Below, piece by piece: positions 1-15,874 of a stretch of 64,000 nt of DNA. Position 1 is the first letter of the stretch, and every line of letters begins with the position of its first letter. Where the stretch lies: the NCBI RefSeq assembly GCF_009914755.1, contig NC_060930.1; one strand, 5' to 3'. Below the pieces are notes generated by a model. It made no database searches. It had not been told where the DNA came from and saw only the letters and a program-made list of their open reading frames with translations. The position numbers were made by a program, and so were the translations under genes. The stretch comes from the human T2T-CHM13v2.0 reference genome, Homo sapiens.

Positions 1-188
1 CTCAACTTCCTGAGTAGCTGGGACCACAGGTAAGCACCACCATGCCTGGCTAATTTTTTGTATTTTTAGTAGAGACGGGGTTTTGCCATGTTGCCCAGGC
101 TGGTCTTGAACTCCTGGGCTCAAGCGATCCTCCCGCCTCAGCATCCCAAAGTGCTAGGATTATAGGCATGAGCGACGGCACCTAGCCG
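1..188 (-). mobile_element. Alu (AluJ-like), cut by window edge
   Basis: Reverse Alu: gagtagctgggaccacagg...ctcctgggctcaagcgatcc...cccaaagtgctaggattatagg. Confidence 0.9.
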
Positions 189-384
189 AGAGCAATTTTT
201 AATAGCAACAATGATGGTAATGATGGTAGCTCCATACCAAGTGCTAGGCACTGCGCTGAGAGCATTCCAGTCATTATCTTTTCAGCACTTGCTAGGTTTC
301 GGGTGTTTTCCTAATATTTCACAGCTGCATTGGGCTCTACTGCAGGGCCTGGCTTTGTGCATGGGGGTTGAGAAGGAGAGCCTG

Positions 385-640
385 GTATACCTATTGTCAT
401 CTGATAATAATATAGGGTATATAGAGAGATATGTAGTATATATACTCTGTATAGAGAAGATATATATATATAGTATATATAATATATAGTCAGATGACTA
501 TATATAAATATATTTATATAATAAATATAAATATATATCTATATAGAATAGATGACAATACATACAAATATATATATTTGTGTATATATGTATATATAGA
601 GAGAATCAGATGACAATATATACATATATATATAGGTATG
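385..640. repeat. Complex (TA)n-rich low-complexity repeat with embedded CAGATGACAATA-like units
   Basis: TATA runs with units near 490, 549 and 605, and an inverted copy at 392-405. Confidence 0.85.
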
Positions 641-769
641 TTTTTAATTAGAAACAGGGTTTCACCATGTTGTACAAGCTGGTCTTGAACTCTTGGGCTC
701 AGGCAATCCTCCTATCCCAGCGTTCCAAAGTGCTGGAATTGTAGGCACGAGCAACCACGCACAACTGGC
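641..769 (-). mobile_element. Alu monomer (FLAM or left arm)
   Basis: agaaacagggtttcaccatgttg...ttccaaagtgctggaattgtaggc; single arm only. Confidence 0.85.
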
Positions 770-1589
770 CCCCTTCTCATTCTTAAAATATTTTTAAAAA
801 TCTTAAAAAGCACTTTTTCCTTGTAAGAACTCTACTCACAGTTTTTATTATTATTTTTTTTCTCAATGGCAGGACATCTTATGGGCGTGTCTTGGAGGCT
901 TTAGCTGGTAGGAGTTGGGCAAGGAAGAGAGAGAAAGGCACTCAAAGCAAACACTTCCCAGGTGTTGATAATAATCTGGATGCTGGGACCTGCACAGGTT
1001 GATTGTGGAGGTTCCTGAGGAAGTCCGCTTGGAAAGGGTGGAACTTAGAGGTCTGCCATAGCGAGCCGACTGTCTCACTTTAGAACATCTGAAGGCTGTT
1101 TCACACAAGACAAAACGAAGCACCTGAATGCCTTCGTCCTGAGCACCCACTAGCCTGGGCTCTGTGGACTTGCTCTCATGCTTGCATTTCCCTGCAGGTG
1201 TTCCATTCAGAGACGCCCAAGACCTGAGGCCGCTTGGGTTCATTGGCCTATTGATGGCCTTGGATCTGTCTTGCCAGAGCACCTCCACAGTGTTTTGGAA
1301 ACATGTGGGTTGGGATTGACCAAAGCTGACGTGACTAATGGCAAAGTGACCACGGTTTGGGTCAACGTTCTCTGACCATGAAAAGAAGAATCGTTGTCTG
1401 TCCTTGCTAGGAACCGCACATGTGCCAAGTTTATTTGTAATGTGTTGCTGGGGATATTCCTACCAATAATGAATAATTAAGCCCAGAATTCATTTTTGGG
1501 TCTTTGTTGGGTTTTTCTTTTCTTTTTTCTTTCTTTTCGTGACTCAACCATTAGCTTGTGTGGCAAATATAAAACTGAAATCTGGTAGT

Positions 1590-2560
<971 letters not shown>

Positions 2561-4138
2561 ATCGATTAGGGCAAACCAAACCCTCGTTGAGAGATTACAA
2601 AACAAAAAATTACTTGAATATACAAGTCATTTATTTAGAGAAAAATAGGGTTATCACCATGATACCTAAATTAGTCATAGAACACACAGAGTTTTCTGGT
2701 GGGGAGGGGAGAATCCCATAACCAAGCAGCCTCACATACAAGATGATAGATGGCTATTATGTATTTTTTCCTTCTCTGTATTTTTCTTCACGGAAGCAAA
2801 TGGAACTTTCCAAATATCACTGTAGGATTGGAAAAAGTGAAGCAGTCCGTAGTGCCATTTTGGGGGAAGGAGGGGGAAGAAGGGGAAAGGAGTCTGAAAA
2901 GCGTTTATGTTTGCTAATGGAAGTCAGATGTAGTACTCATTTTATGTTACTTAAGCAACGTGCTACATTTTCTCCATTAGTGGTCTTGTCAGGCATAGGA
3001 TGTTTACAGGAAGTTGCACTAAGATAAGTGTGTCCTTTAAATTCTGTATCTTTCAGACCTTAGCAGTCTGCTGACTCCAGCTTTCAGCAGAGCAGAAACA
3101 ACGCCTTGGGAAGACTTAAAACAACTTTGAATAAGAACCTGCTTGAGAAAGATTTGCCTTACAAGCTAAATGTTACATTTCCACTCAACAGAAAGGTACT
3201 GCTGTGTGGCCGTAAAAAGCTGGCCAAAACCCTGTAACCTTTGCAGTTAGTCATGTTATTTTTGGTTCATGCCAACATGGATCACAGCTGTGACTCAACA
3301 GAGCCACTGAAGCAAGAATTCAAAGAGTTTAAAGAACAGCAAACTCAGAAATGACTTTTTTTTTCTTATGGTGTCATTACGCAACATTTCTTGTCGTTTA
3401 CCTTTTCTAATTTACCAACTCCATACAGATGAGCTCAGTCGTTGTTTGGCAATTGAAAATCTGAGTTGCGTCAGCACACTTCCCCAAATCCCACTGCAGG
3501 CGGAGGATGATGAAGCTTTCCTTTCTGGGGTGTTTGTTTTACGTAAGTAGTGACTTACTTTTCAGAGGTAAAAAAAAAAAAAAAATCTGTGTTGATATAT
3601 GTCTCCCTCAAACCAAAAATAGGACTGGGGATTGATTTAAACGTTTGCAGTTCCCCATTTGAAGATGACAGAAAGCCCATATCGACTGGTTCTGCCTTTG
3701 TTTTTGTTTTTCACTAATTTATATTCACAAAATGAAGCCATAAGCTTAGACCTCACCGAATGGAAAACAGGCATGGACTTCAGCAGGCAATATATTAGCA
3801 TATTTATCAACATCCTTTAGATTTTTGCTTTCATTTTTTAAATTACCATGTAAACTTGAAGATAACCCCAGTTTTCCCATTTGTGGGAACATAAGAAAGG
3901 GAGATGAAAAAAAATAATATTTGTCCCTTATCTATGAAGTGCTTTTATTTTTTAAATTTTTTTTATTACCTGAAGAACTACATTATCGTCAATATGAAGT
4001 GCTGTTTTTTTAAGCATTATGATTAGACTTAAGGATTCTAAGGACTAAAGTATTAAGGTGTTTTTTGTTGTTATTTGCTAATCATTAATCAACTGTTTTA
4101 CCTGATTAATTTTCTCTTTGGGAAAATAGATTGAGATT

Positions 4139-5083
<945 letters not shown>

Positions 5084-5197
5084 AGTTTTTGTGTCCCATA
5101 GTTATACCCATTGCTTAAGCTTGCCATATAGAAAATGCCATTCATAGACACAGCTCTTCATTTGAGTACTTAAAGGTAAGTTTAAAATGTGGAAACA

Positions 5198-5503
5198 GGC
5201 TGGGCACAGTGGCTCACGCCTGTAATCACAGCACTTTGGGAGGCTGAGGCTGGTGGATCACCTGAGGTCAGGAGTTCAAGATCAGCCTGGCCAACGTGGT
5301 GAAAACCCATCTCTACCAAAAATACAAAAATTAGCTGGGCATGGTGGCACGCACCTGTAATCCCAGCTACTCAGCAGGCTGAGGCAGAAGAATCACTTGA
5401 ACCTGGGAGTCGAAGATGGCAGTGAGCTGAGATCATGCCATTGCACTCCAGCCTGGGTGACAGAGCGAGAATCCATCTCAAAAAAAAAAAAAAAAAAAAA
5501 AAA
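5198..5503 (+). mobile_element. AluSx-like, full length
   Basis: Dimeric Alu with a long A tail. TSD aaaa(t)gtggaaaca on both sides. Confidence 0.95.
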
Positions 5504-5869
5504 AGTGGAAACACCATTTTGGAGGTTTTCTTTCAATAACAAAGATGTTGCCCAAAAGGAAATACATTTCTACGATACCCTTTGGGTGTGACAGGGAATT
5601 TTATACACCTCCATAAGGAAAGTGTATAACATTCTTGGGAGCTACCTTCAAGCATTTACTGTACAGGGAAAATGGAAGATGGTCTACTGAATGAGTGTCT
5701 CACTGTGGATTGGTCCAGGAACCAGTTCAGCACATGGTAGCAGCTATTCCTTTTTAAAGTAAACTGATGGAACTTTTGTTTCCTTTTGTTTCCTGAAACC
5801 TTTTGTTTCCTGATTCTCTTGTTTTTGGCAAATTCTTACTTGAAAATATTTTTGAACTAGAATGTTTTG

Positions 5870-6000
5870 AGCTCGGAGAACCTGCAGAAACCATCTTATT
5901 TATGGATGCAGAAGGTAGCACAGAAAGGTTAAGGAACTTACCTAAAGTTACACAGCTAATTTGTGGCAAAAGTGGGATTCACTTCCAGGTTTAGTATGTC
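5870..6000 (-). mobile_element. MIR fragment
   Basis: gcacagaaaggttaaggaacttacctaaagttacacagcta resembles the MIR core. Confidence 0.7.
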
Positions 6001-6449
6001 ATTTGAATCACGTCATAACCTGCTTTGGAGAACAAATTGATCTAAAGAATTGACTGTTCCAAAGAATTTGGTTTATAAATCTTAAAATCATTTAGATCAC
6101 AAAATGTCATGAGAGAAAACACTGAGAATATAGAGAAATGTTCAGAATATTAGAACAAATTGAAGTTGTACCTATTTCAAGAAAAATAAAATCTTTCCTA
6201 TATCTTTATGTGTATAATGATTTTTAGATTATTTTTTAAATTGCCAAAATTCAATTTGGCAAAGCAGTGAACTTTGAAACACATGTTAATAAACTGAAGT
6301 TTTATTTACTGATTTTCTATAAACAAATAAACACTGAAATGTTATCTATAATAATGAATATTCTTGTGTTCCTGGAACACATTGAAATATTGTGTTGTAA
6401 TAAAATAAAAATTACAGTGCTGTAGAGGTTAGCATTGGAGGTTAACGTA

Positions 6450-7140
6450 TTATTTCGATGTATAAAATATAGTATTGAACAAAACAGACATAAATCAGCA
6501 TATGGTGGGATTCCATTCATATGAAATGCAAAAATGGGTGTATTAGTCTGTTCTCACATGGCTATAAGGAGATACCTGAACCTGGATAATTTATAAAGAA
6601 AAAAGGTTTAATTGGCTCACAGTTTTGTAGGCTGTACAGGAAGCATGGCTGAGGAGGCCTCAGGAAACTTACAATCATGGTGGACGGTGAAGGGGAAGCA
6701 GGCTTATCTTATATGGACAGAGAAGGAGGAAGAGAGTGAAGTGGGAGGTGCTACCCACTTTTAAACCACCAGATCTTCTGAGAACTCACTGTCACGAGAA
6801 GAGCAAATTGGGAAATCTGCCCCTTTGATCCAGTCATCTCCCACGAGGCCCCTCCTCCAACACTGGGGATTTCAGCTCAACATGAGATTTGGGCAGGGAT
6901 GAAAATCCAAACCCTAACAATGGGCAAAACCAATTTAGACTGTTACAAGTCAGGATGGTGGCTGTTCTTGGGATGGGTTCCCGGAATTGCTGGAACTGGG
7001 TGTGAGGGGCTGGTCATGTTTCTTGATCTAGGTTCTGGTTACATATGTGTGTTCAGTTTGTGAAAGTTTATCAAATTGTGCATTACTACCTATGTAGTTT
7101 TCTGAATATATATTATACTTCAATAAAATGTTTTAAAAAT
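6450..7140 (+). mobile_element. Old L1M (L1ME-like) 3' end, split by a MaLR LTR
   Basis: gattccattcatatgaaatgcaaaaatggg [LTR] caaaac...cttgatctaggtt...tattatacttcaataaaa. Confidence 0.7.
6539..6919 (-). mobile_element. MaLR solo LTR (MSTA/THE1D-like)
   Basis: tgtattagtctgttctcac...aggcctcaggaaacttacaatcatgg...ccaaaccctaaca. Perfect 5-bp TSD ATGGG (6534-6538, 6920-6924). Confidence 0.92.
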
Positions 7141-8394
7141 ATGTATATCATATATCATTTCATCTTAGAAACAGAACACGTTAATAAGTGACTAGTTTTT
7201 GGAAGAAATTATTATAGCATAAGTTTTAAAAAAAGATGTTGGGGTGGGGTTTTTAACTTTCCATAATGCTGTAAAGTTTGCAACACTCACACAGTCATAG
7301 AACAAATAGAACTTTGACTTTGGTTTCAAAATTTATGCAGCTGCCTCCATATACTTTTGACAGTTTAATCACATATTTAACAGTTACAAAGCATGTTTTA
7401 GACATCAAGAGGATACATGGAGATGGTGGTAGGGCTTATATACCCATGGTCGTGTAAAACAGGAAAAATGTCAGCAAAAATAAACTATTATGCTGGTCTA
7501 TTGAGTGACTTTGTCAGCTTTATAAAGGAATGAATATATAGTGTTGAAGGATAATCTTTCTGAATTAGTAAGTTATTTTTTAAAAAGCACATCTAAATCA
7601 ATACCTTATTTTAGAAGAAATGTAATGTTAGGCATACTAACATGTATAAAACATAGTTTTTGAAAGAAACAGCTGATACCCTTTAAAGCTTACAGAAGAC
7701 TAGAAATAATCTGACTTCCAAATGCTCCCCTCTTTGGTTGAAGCAGGAATATTCTATGAGGCATTTAAGGGAAGAGAAGCAGGGATTGTGAGTAAAAAGG
7801 GTGTGGACAATTTCCTCAAGTGAAACTTGCTTGGATAATCGGTGGCTGAACTAAAAAATTCACTTATTTAGACTTTTTACCAGTTTCATAACTAAGTTCT
7901 TCTCCAAGGGAGGCTGATGTATATTTATGTAACCATATTTTAGGGCTTAAAAAGTTCACAATTTAAAAAGACTCCTGCAAGGAAACAGGCCCTATTTTTT
8001 CTCCCAAATACCCTGAACTTTGGAGCTAGATAGCTTCTTAGTCTAACTGTTACAAAGGAATCCTTTTGTTTAAGATTTTTGTTCATTCGACTTTTGATAT
8101 TTCTTGCTTTTGTCAACAAGTTAAATTCTATGTGAATTCATATCCCAGTATGATGTTCTCAATAAGCTGATCCAATTATTGCATCAAAAATGCTCCTTTT
8201 AAAAAATAGAGACCTGTCTCAATTTCTTCTCAATGGAGTGTGCAGTGTGTATTTCTAAATGAATTGAAAAAATAGATGTCAAGTAGAAGCAGGTGGCTGC
8301 TACATATTTTTGCAGTACTTAAGCAACTAATTGGCTTATTTCTTTTTAAGAAAAACTGATGAGGAAAACATCCTTTTCTAAAGAATTAAACAGC

Positions 8395-8560
8395 ATCATC
8401 ATCATATTATGTTTACTTAGCACTTTCCAGTTTGCAAAGCATGTTTCCTATTTTTGTCGTTATTCAATCATCACAATAATTCCATTAGTACTAGTTAGGT
8501 ATGATTGTTACTCCTGTTTTACAAATGAGAAAACTCTGACTCAGAGGGCAGAGCCAGGGC
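8395..8560 (-). mobile_element. MIR fragment
   Basis: ttacttagcactttcc...ctcctgttttacaaatgagaaaactctgactcagagg. Confidence 0.6.
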
Positions 8561-8779
8561 TGTCTGCCTGTGTGTTTAGCTGGGTGACATCCTTTCCACG
8601 ACATCATAGGGACCTGTGATCAGAAAAAGGAAGAATTTTTTTCTAACTTTTTTTTCTGAAAACAAGAATTTTTGCAAACGATATGATAGAATATAATTGA
8701 ATTTTAAAATTAGACAAGGTTTTTCAAAATAATTATTCACTTTATTCAGCAAATTAATTTTATTTCAAAATAGTAATTT

Positions 8780-9540
8780 CTTTTATTCGACAGGTATTTG
8801 TTCAGTAACTCCTGGGAGCCACAAATAATTCTGGGTTCTGGGGTGAAAATGCGCGTGGTATAAGTTGTATGGAAGGTATCATCTGCCCTCTTGAAGGTTA
8901 TGGAGTTCTCAGCAAGATGCCCATTAAACAATCACACACAAATGGATAAATGTTTAAATCGATGGTACATACTAAAACAAACTTTGGAGGGAGCTGTGAG
9001 AGTTGATTACCTGGGAACTCAATTTAGACAGGGAAGGCCTCTTGAAGGAAGTGGCATTTAAGCCTTGAAGTAGGATACAGCTGGGTGAAGGGTTGGGGAG
9101 GCGAGGGAAGAGCATTCTAGATGGAGCAAACAAAGTGTGCCAAGTGCCTGAGGCAGAGACATTGGGACCTCTAGGAGATGGAAGCAGCCCAGATGTTAAA
9201 AGAGCACAGCGGATGATGAATGATTTTGAGGCTGCTGAATGTGGGGAGGCTATTAACATTTTTTGAGGAGCGGTACAGTTTACATTTTAAGACCATCATG
9301 CCTGCTGCTGGAAAAAGGAGGGGCGAGGAGTTGGAAGAAGGGATAGGATAGACCTGGAAGAGGAGGACTCCCTCAAAACCATGCCATGAGAAGCTTCCAA
9401 AGCAGCTCTTGGACCTGACAACGGGGGGCCAGTGATGACCCCACAGGGTGTGGGGTGGAAGCTAGTTGGGGTGAGTTGACCTGGAGACACTACTGGCAGA
9501 CCCACTTAATAGGAATTTAGTTGTCAAGGGAACGGGAAAG
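8780..9540 (-). mobile_element. L2 remnant
   Basis: Reverse L2 3' motifs: tattcgacaggtatttgttcag, gggaaggcctcttgaaggaagtggcattt, aagagcattctagatggag. Confidence 0.65.
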
Positions 9541-9550
9541 ATGGAGAGGG

Positions 9551-10253
<703 letters not shown>

Positions 10254-10297
10254 TAGGGCAGGGAATTGAAGGAAAGTGGTGGTGGTGGTGTTTTCTC

Positions 10298-10619
<322 letters not shown>

Positions 10620-11779
10620 TGAAGGGACGATCTTGAAAGTGGAGCACGCTGAAGTATCTGGGCACAATAATGAAAGTCATTCATCAGTGAAGGAGAGATT
10701 GATGATGGTGGCAGTGGTGGTGTGTGAGAAAAAGAATCTCAGACAGACATACACTGTCAGCTAATCAAAGAAGGAAAGCCCTTGGGCAGTCACAAGAAGA
10801 TGTGGCCAGAATGCATGCAGAGCATTTTACACTGTTTTACGCTGCTCCTGGGATAAGAGAGACACTTCCATTGTGGTAACAAGAAGGAAAGGCGGAGAAG
10901 ATGGGTTTACAGATTTGGTTTGGGAAGATGAAGACATTTCATTCCAATGGTTGTTTTTTTTCCCCTGCCTTTAGGAAGCATGAAGTGGGGTCAGAGTGAA
11001 GGGCAAGAGGAGAGCTGGGGTTGGGCAGACTGAGGCTGTCTGGATCGATGATATGGCCTTAGTGTGGAGATGAAGAGAGAGCTTGCTAGGCAGTGTCCTT
11101 GGAAATGGGTGAAGATGATCTTGACACCAGTCCCCGTACTGGGTATTTTTCCTCAGCAGCATTTAGCCCTGCAGTGTATGGGGTTCATCTAGTTTTGGGA
11201 GACTATTGGAAGAGTTATTGGTTGATTCAGATGATTAATAATTGAATTGGGCATGCTTTCTGAAATGCTTACGATTTCTATCAAAATATTCGATGTGAAT
11301 ATGATGCCACAAGGGGAACCCCTGGAATCCATGGCACTTCCACAGCACTGACATGGCCTTCCTGGCTTCTGTATTTCTTTTATTGGTAGCAAAGGTAGAG
11401 ACGGAGACAAAGAACTGGAATTTAGACGTTGGAGATTTAGTTTCTGGCTGCTAAATTCCACTGCAGTGTTACATAGTTCAGAAGGCTGGTAAGTAAAGTA
11501 CAGTGAGTCCCATGACCAGTTTAGAAGTGTGCCTCTCTGGAACTCACCGTCATCTCAGAGCACACAGCTGCAGGAAGCTCACAGAGTCACTCTCAGGTCA
11601 CTTCTCTGAGTTAAAGTGGAACCACCTGCCCACCCCTTGCCCACACACACCTTCCTTCCTTGACCCTGCACCCCTCCGGCTTTCTTATCTCTTTCTTTCC
11701 TTCACAGCAGGCCTTCTACTTCTTCTGCCTCTCTCTTTCTTCCCTTTCCGTGAACTCTTCGGCGCCTTAAATGCCAGCT

Positions 11780-12760
11780 TCTACCTCTCTGCAGCTGCAC
11801 CCCCCGGGCTCTCAAATGACCTTCTGGTGGCTACAGCCGGTGGAAACTCTCCAACTGCCATCTTACTTGATTTGTCCTGTATTATTTCCACTGCGCTCTC
11901 TCCTGCTTGGTGAATTCTATGGGCCTATTCTCTCCTTAGTTTCCCACCTATCTCAATGGCAAATTCTTCTTAGTCTCTTTTGTGGGTTCCTCTTCCTCCT
12001 CTCACTCCTAAAACATCATAGGTCCCTCGAAACTCTGTCCTGAGTCAAATTCATGTCTCCAGCCAGGCTGACCCTGAGGGCTATTCCTGTCTAACTAGGC
12101 AGCTCCATGTGTGTGTGTTCTATAAAGGCCTCAAACTTCATATGTTCAAAGTTGACCTCATCATCTTCTGCTGAACTCTGTTTTTGCAAATGTCACTGCT
12201 GTTCACCAGGTTCCTCAAGTCAGAAACCAATGGATCATTGTCAATTTCTCCTTCTCTATTTTCCTGTACATCTAATTAATCACAAAGCCTCATCCAGTGT
12301 GTATCTTAAACACCCCTCACCTCTGTTTGCTTCCCACAACACAACTGCCATCACTCTAGTACAGGGGCTTCTCCCCTCTCATCTGAAACATTAGTAACAC
12401 CCTTCTTTCCTTCCCTCCTGTTTCTAGATTCATCTCCATAATCTACCCGCCACAATGTCAATAGAATCACCTTTCTAGCATGCAGATTGTCTTGTCACCT
12501 CTTTGCAAGAAATTCTTCAGTGACTCTGTCTCACCTATGGCACATAATTTTTACCCTTTTAGAAGGACACAGAGGTGTCTTTACAACCAGGCCTACACTT
12601 GGGACCCAGGTCTTGGAGCCCTTGCCAATGAAGCATTTTGATCTACTTCTCAATAACCATGATCTTGCATGCCTCTTGGTCTCTGCATATGCCGTTCCCA
12701 TCCCCTGGAATATCCTCCCATGCTTGTTTGTCACACTTGGTGAAACATTTGCCATTTTCC
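11780..12760 (+). mobile_element. Highly degenerate L2
   Basis: Pyrimidine-rich L2-like blocks: aatgaccttctggtggcta, ctcaaacttcatatgttcaaa, ctgccatcactctagt, tgcatatgccgttcccatcccctggaa. Confidence 0.55.
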
Positions 12761-13348
12761 TGGCTCGGTACCTGGAGGTCCAAAATGGAGGCTAGAGAGA
12801 CAATAAGTACCAGAAACTGCCCACATTTAGAGTCAGACACTCCATCAAGGATTACTAAAGAGTCTGCACAATTTCCTTACAACCCTCAGCCATGACTCTT
12901 ATCCTTCCCTGTGTTCCCAAGGAGGGTAGAGAGAGGGAATCACTGGAGTCAGTTGTCACTGGCCTGGTGGGGGAATGCATGGCTTTTCCACTTCCTCACC
13001 ATGGGGTAGGGAGGGCTGTTGCCCTTAAAGCCGAGTGTGTGTGGTGAGCAGCAAGAGAATCACTTGCAGAGATGAATCACAAGAAGGGAAGGCCGGTGTC
13101 ACGCTCCCTGACTGCATGCCCATGAAGCTGGAAACCTATTGGCCCACTCTTGTGCTGCCAAAGAGCAGAGGGGAGCCTGGGGAAGGGATTCCTGGGGGAG
13201 CCTGACATGTGTCGTGGGAGTTTAGGAGTACACATGTATGTATGTAGAAATGGATGCCTCCTCTGCCTGGAACTCTAAGGCATGAGTCTTTCTGGAATAG
13301 CCCTTGCCAGGAAAGGGAGTAAGAAACACACAGTTTAGTGTGTTTTAT

Positions 13349-13880
13349 CAAGCTTGCCCAACCCATGGGCCACATGCGGCCCAGGACAGGTTTGCCTGCA
13401 GCCCAACACAAATTCATAAACTCTCTTAAAACATTATAAGATTTGTTTATGAATTTGTTTAAACTTATCATCTATCGTTAGTGTCGTTAGTGTTAGTATA
13501 TCTTTTTTTTTTTTTTGGTGAGACAGAGTCTCACTCTGTTGCCCAGGCTGGAGTGCAGTGGCGCTATCTCGGCTCACTGCAAGCTCCGCCTCCTGGGTTC
13601 ACGCCATTCTCCTGCCTCAGCCTCCGAGTAGCTGGGACTACAGGCGCCAGCCACCATGCCCGGCTAATTTCATGTATTTTTAGTAGAGACGGGGTTTCAC
13701 CGTGTTAGCCAGGATGGCCTCGATCTCCTGACCTCGTGATCTGCCCGCCTTGGCCTCCCAAAGTGCTGGAATTACAGGCGTGAGCCACTGCGCCCAGCCC
13801 AGTGTTAGTATATCTTATGTGTGGCCCAAGACAATTTCTTCCAGTGTGGCCCAGGGAAGCCAAAAGATTGGACACCCCTG
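13349..13880 (-). mobile_element. MER30 (hAT-Charlie MITE) split by an AluY
   Basis: Termini caagcttgcccaacc... and ...gaagccaaaagattggacacccctg match MER30 as recalled. Confidence 0.88.
13503..13800 (-). mobile_element. AluY
   Basis: Diagnostics gcaagctccgcctcctgggttcacgccattc and ccgtgttagccaggatgg. TSD agtgttagtatatct. Confidence 0.95.
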
Positions 13881-14714
13881 CTTTAAATGAAGAGATCTCA
13901 TTTCAGTTCTCTTTGGCCTTCGGGGTACGTGGAAAATGACTTCAGAGACTTCTATGGGTATTGAGCACAGAAGTTAGGTGAGAAACAGAAAGGAGAGTAA
14001 TTAGGAGACATCTGAGGCAAAAACAGGACCAACTTTGAGAGGAGATTGAGAGTATGGGCCACTGTCAGAACCAGACACATGGCTGCCCCTTTCTGAAGGG
14101 GTCATCAAGGATGGGGAAGGCAGAGGTGAGCCTGAACTCGCCCCCTAAAACCACACATGCTGCGTTTGTAGAGACCACCATATCAGTAGAGGGCACCAGC
14201 ATCAGATTGAACCAGAGTGGACCAGAGATGCATCCCATCACCATCACTAGTGGGACAACAGATGCTCAGCATAGCCTCAGGTTTCCTGTATGTTTCCTCC
14301 AGTCTTCATCCTTGCCAGAGGCAGACTCAGGAGAGGGAGGAGAAGCAGGTGTTCCATGACTAGATCACACTCTTCTGTCCAAGTCAAGGTGCTGGCATGG
14401 GAGGGTACAGAACGGAAGAAGAGGTTTAAATTGCACATGTGTGCATGTGCCCTACACCCATACAAACACACACACAGAGTTTTAGGCATCAAGAAAGGAC
14501 TTGGAAAGATAAAATTAAATGATTCTGGTGCTTGAGAGTTTCTATAGGCCAACCTATCCTAGGCTTTCTTAAATCAGAACATACTGATATGATAAAATGA
14601 TACAAAATTAGCAAGGACACACAGGATATTTTGCAAACTTGGACTAATGTAGTGAAATACTGGCTCACTGACTAGTTAATTCCTCTAAGAAATCATTCCA
14701 AATGTATTCATATC

Positions 14715-15081
14715 TGTGTTAGTTCTTTCAGGCTGCTATGACAGAATACCATAAACTGGGTAGCTTATAAACAATAGAAATATATTTCTCAGAGTTCTTG
14801 GGGCTGGGAATTCCAAGATCAAGGCACCAGCAGATTTTTGTCTAATAAGGGTTTGCATTTATCTAATGAGGATCATAGATGACACCTTCTAGCTGTGTCC
14901 TAAATTGGTCCAAGGAGTGAATGAGCTCCCCCGGGCCTATCTTACAAGGGCACTAATCCCATTTATGAGGACTCTGCTCTCATAACTGATCACCTCCCAA
15001 AAGGCCTCACTCCCAATTACCTTGGAGGTTAGGATTTTAACATAAAAATTTGGGGGGAACATGAACATTCAGACCATAGCA
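14715..15081 (-). mobile_element. MLT1A-like solo LTR
   Basis: tgtgttagttc...aacattcagaccatagca. Perfect TSD ATATC (14710-14714, 15082-15086). Confidence 0.9.
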
Positions 15082-15874
15082 ATATCCATTTAAACATAAG
15101 AGATATTAAAGGAAGAATAACATATCAAAAGGGTTGAAATTTTGAACAAGATATCTAATATAAATCAATGATCATCAAATCAAAATCAAGGTGTACCTCA
15201 AGGCAATAGTAAATTAAGAAACATTTATATTCACCAGTAAGCAGATGGAACGCTGTGGATTCATGCACCAGCCGATCAAACTCAGTGATTCCCAGCATTT
15301 TCTGATGAATCACAGCATTTTTTAAAGGCAGGCTATCAAGAATTAAGAAACACACAACTTTATAATGCAGTTAAATATTTTTCTTATAGTTGTACTTTAA
15401 ATGCCTTCTAGAGAAAATAAAAGTAGTGTGAGATTGTTGCTTTGTTTTGGCAGAATTTTAAAAAATAACTTAAGGAGCTGTACTATTCTGTGAGATACCC
15501 TCTGTGACCCATTGTGTGGTTTATAGCACTGATTACCCAAGTCGTGGCCCAAACAATGGGTTTGGGATATTCCTTCAAAATCGTAGTCAGATGTTTTAAT
15601 GAAGAAATCAGACGGTTAAATAGTATGGACTTTTAAACTGAAAGCGAGTGGCAACTTACTAAATCTTCCCCAATGTGTTAAGAGATGGGAAATAGGGATT
15701 TGAGAGAGAGTACAGTTGAATGCACAGATTGGAGAAAAATATAACATGATTTACATTTTGACCCCCCCAAGTTAATACTTCTAAATAAACCAGTTATTTA
15801 ATACTGTTTGTCAATAGTTCTTTAGTTAACTGAATTTCTTGTTGTTCAAGATTTCTGTTCTTTGCTTTTTCCTC

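Noticed and set aside
863-1288. 141-aa minus-strand ORF next to a T-rich tract, considered as a processed pseudogene
   Set aside because: No recognisable protein similarity and no TSD pair found. A BLAST search would be needed to revisit it.
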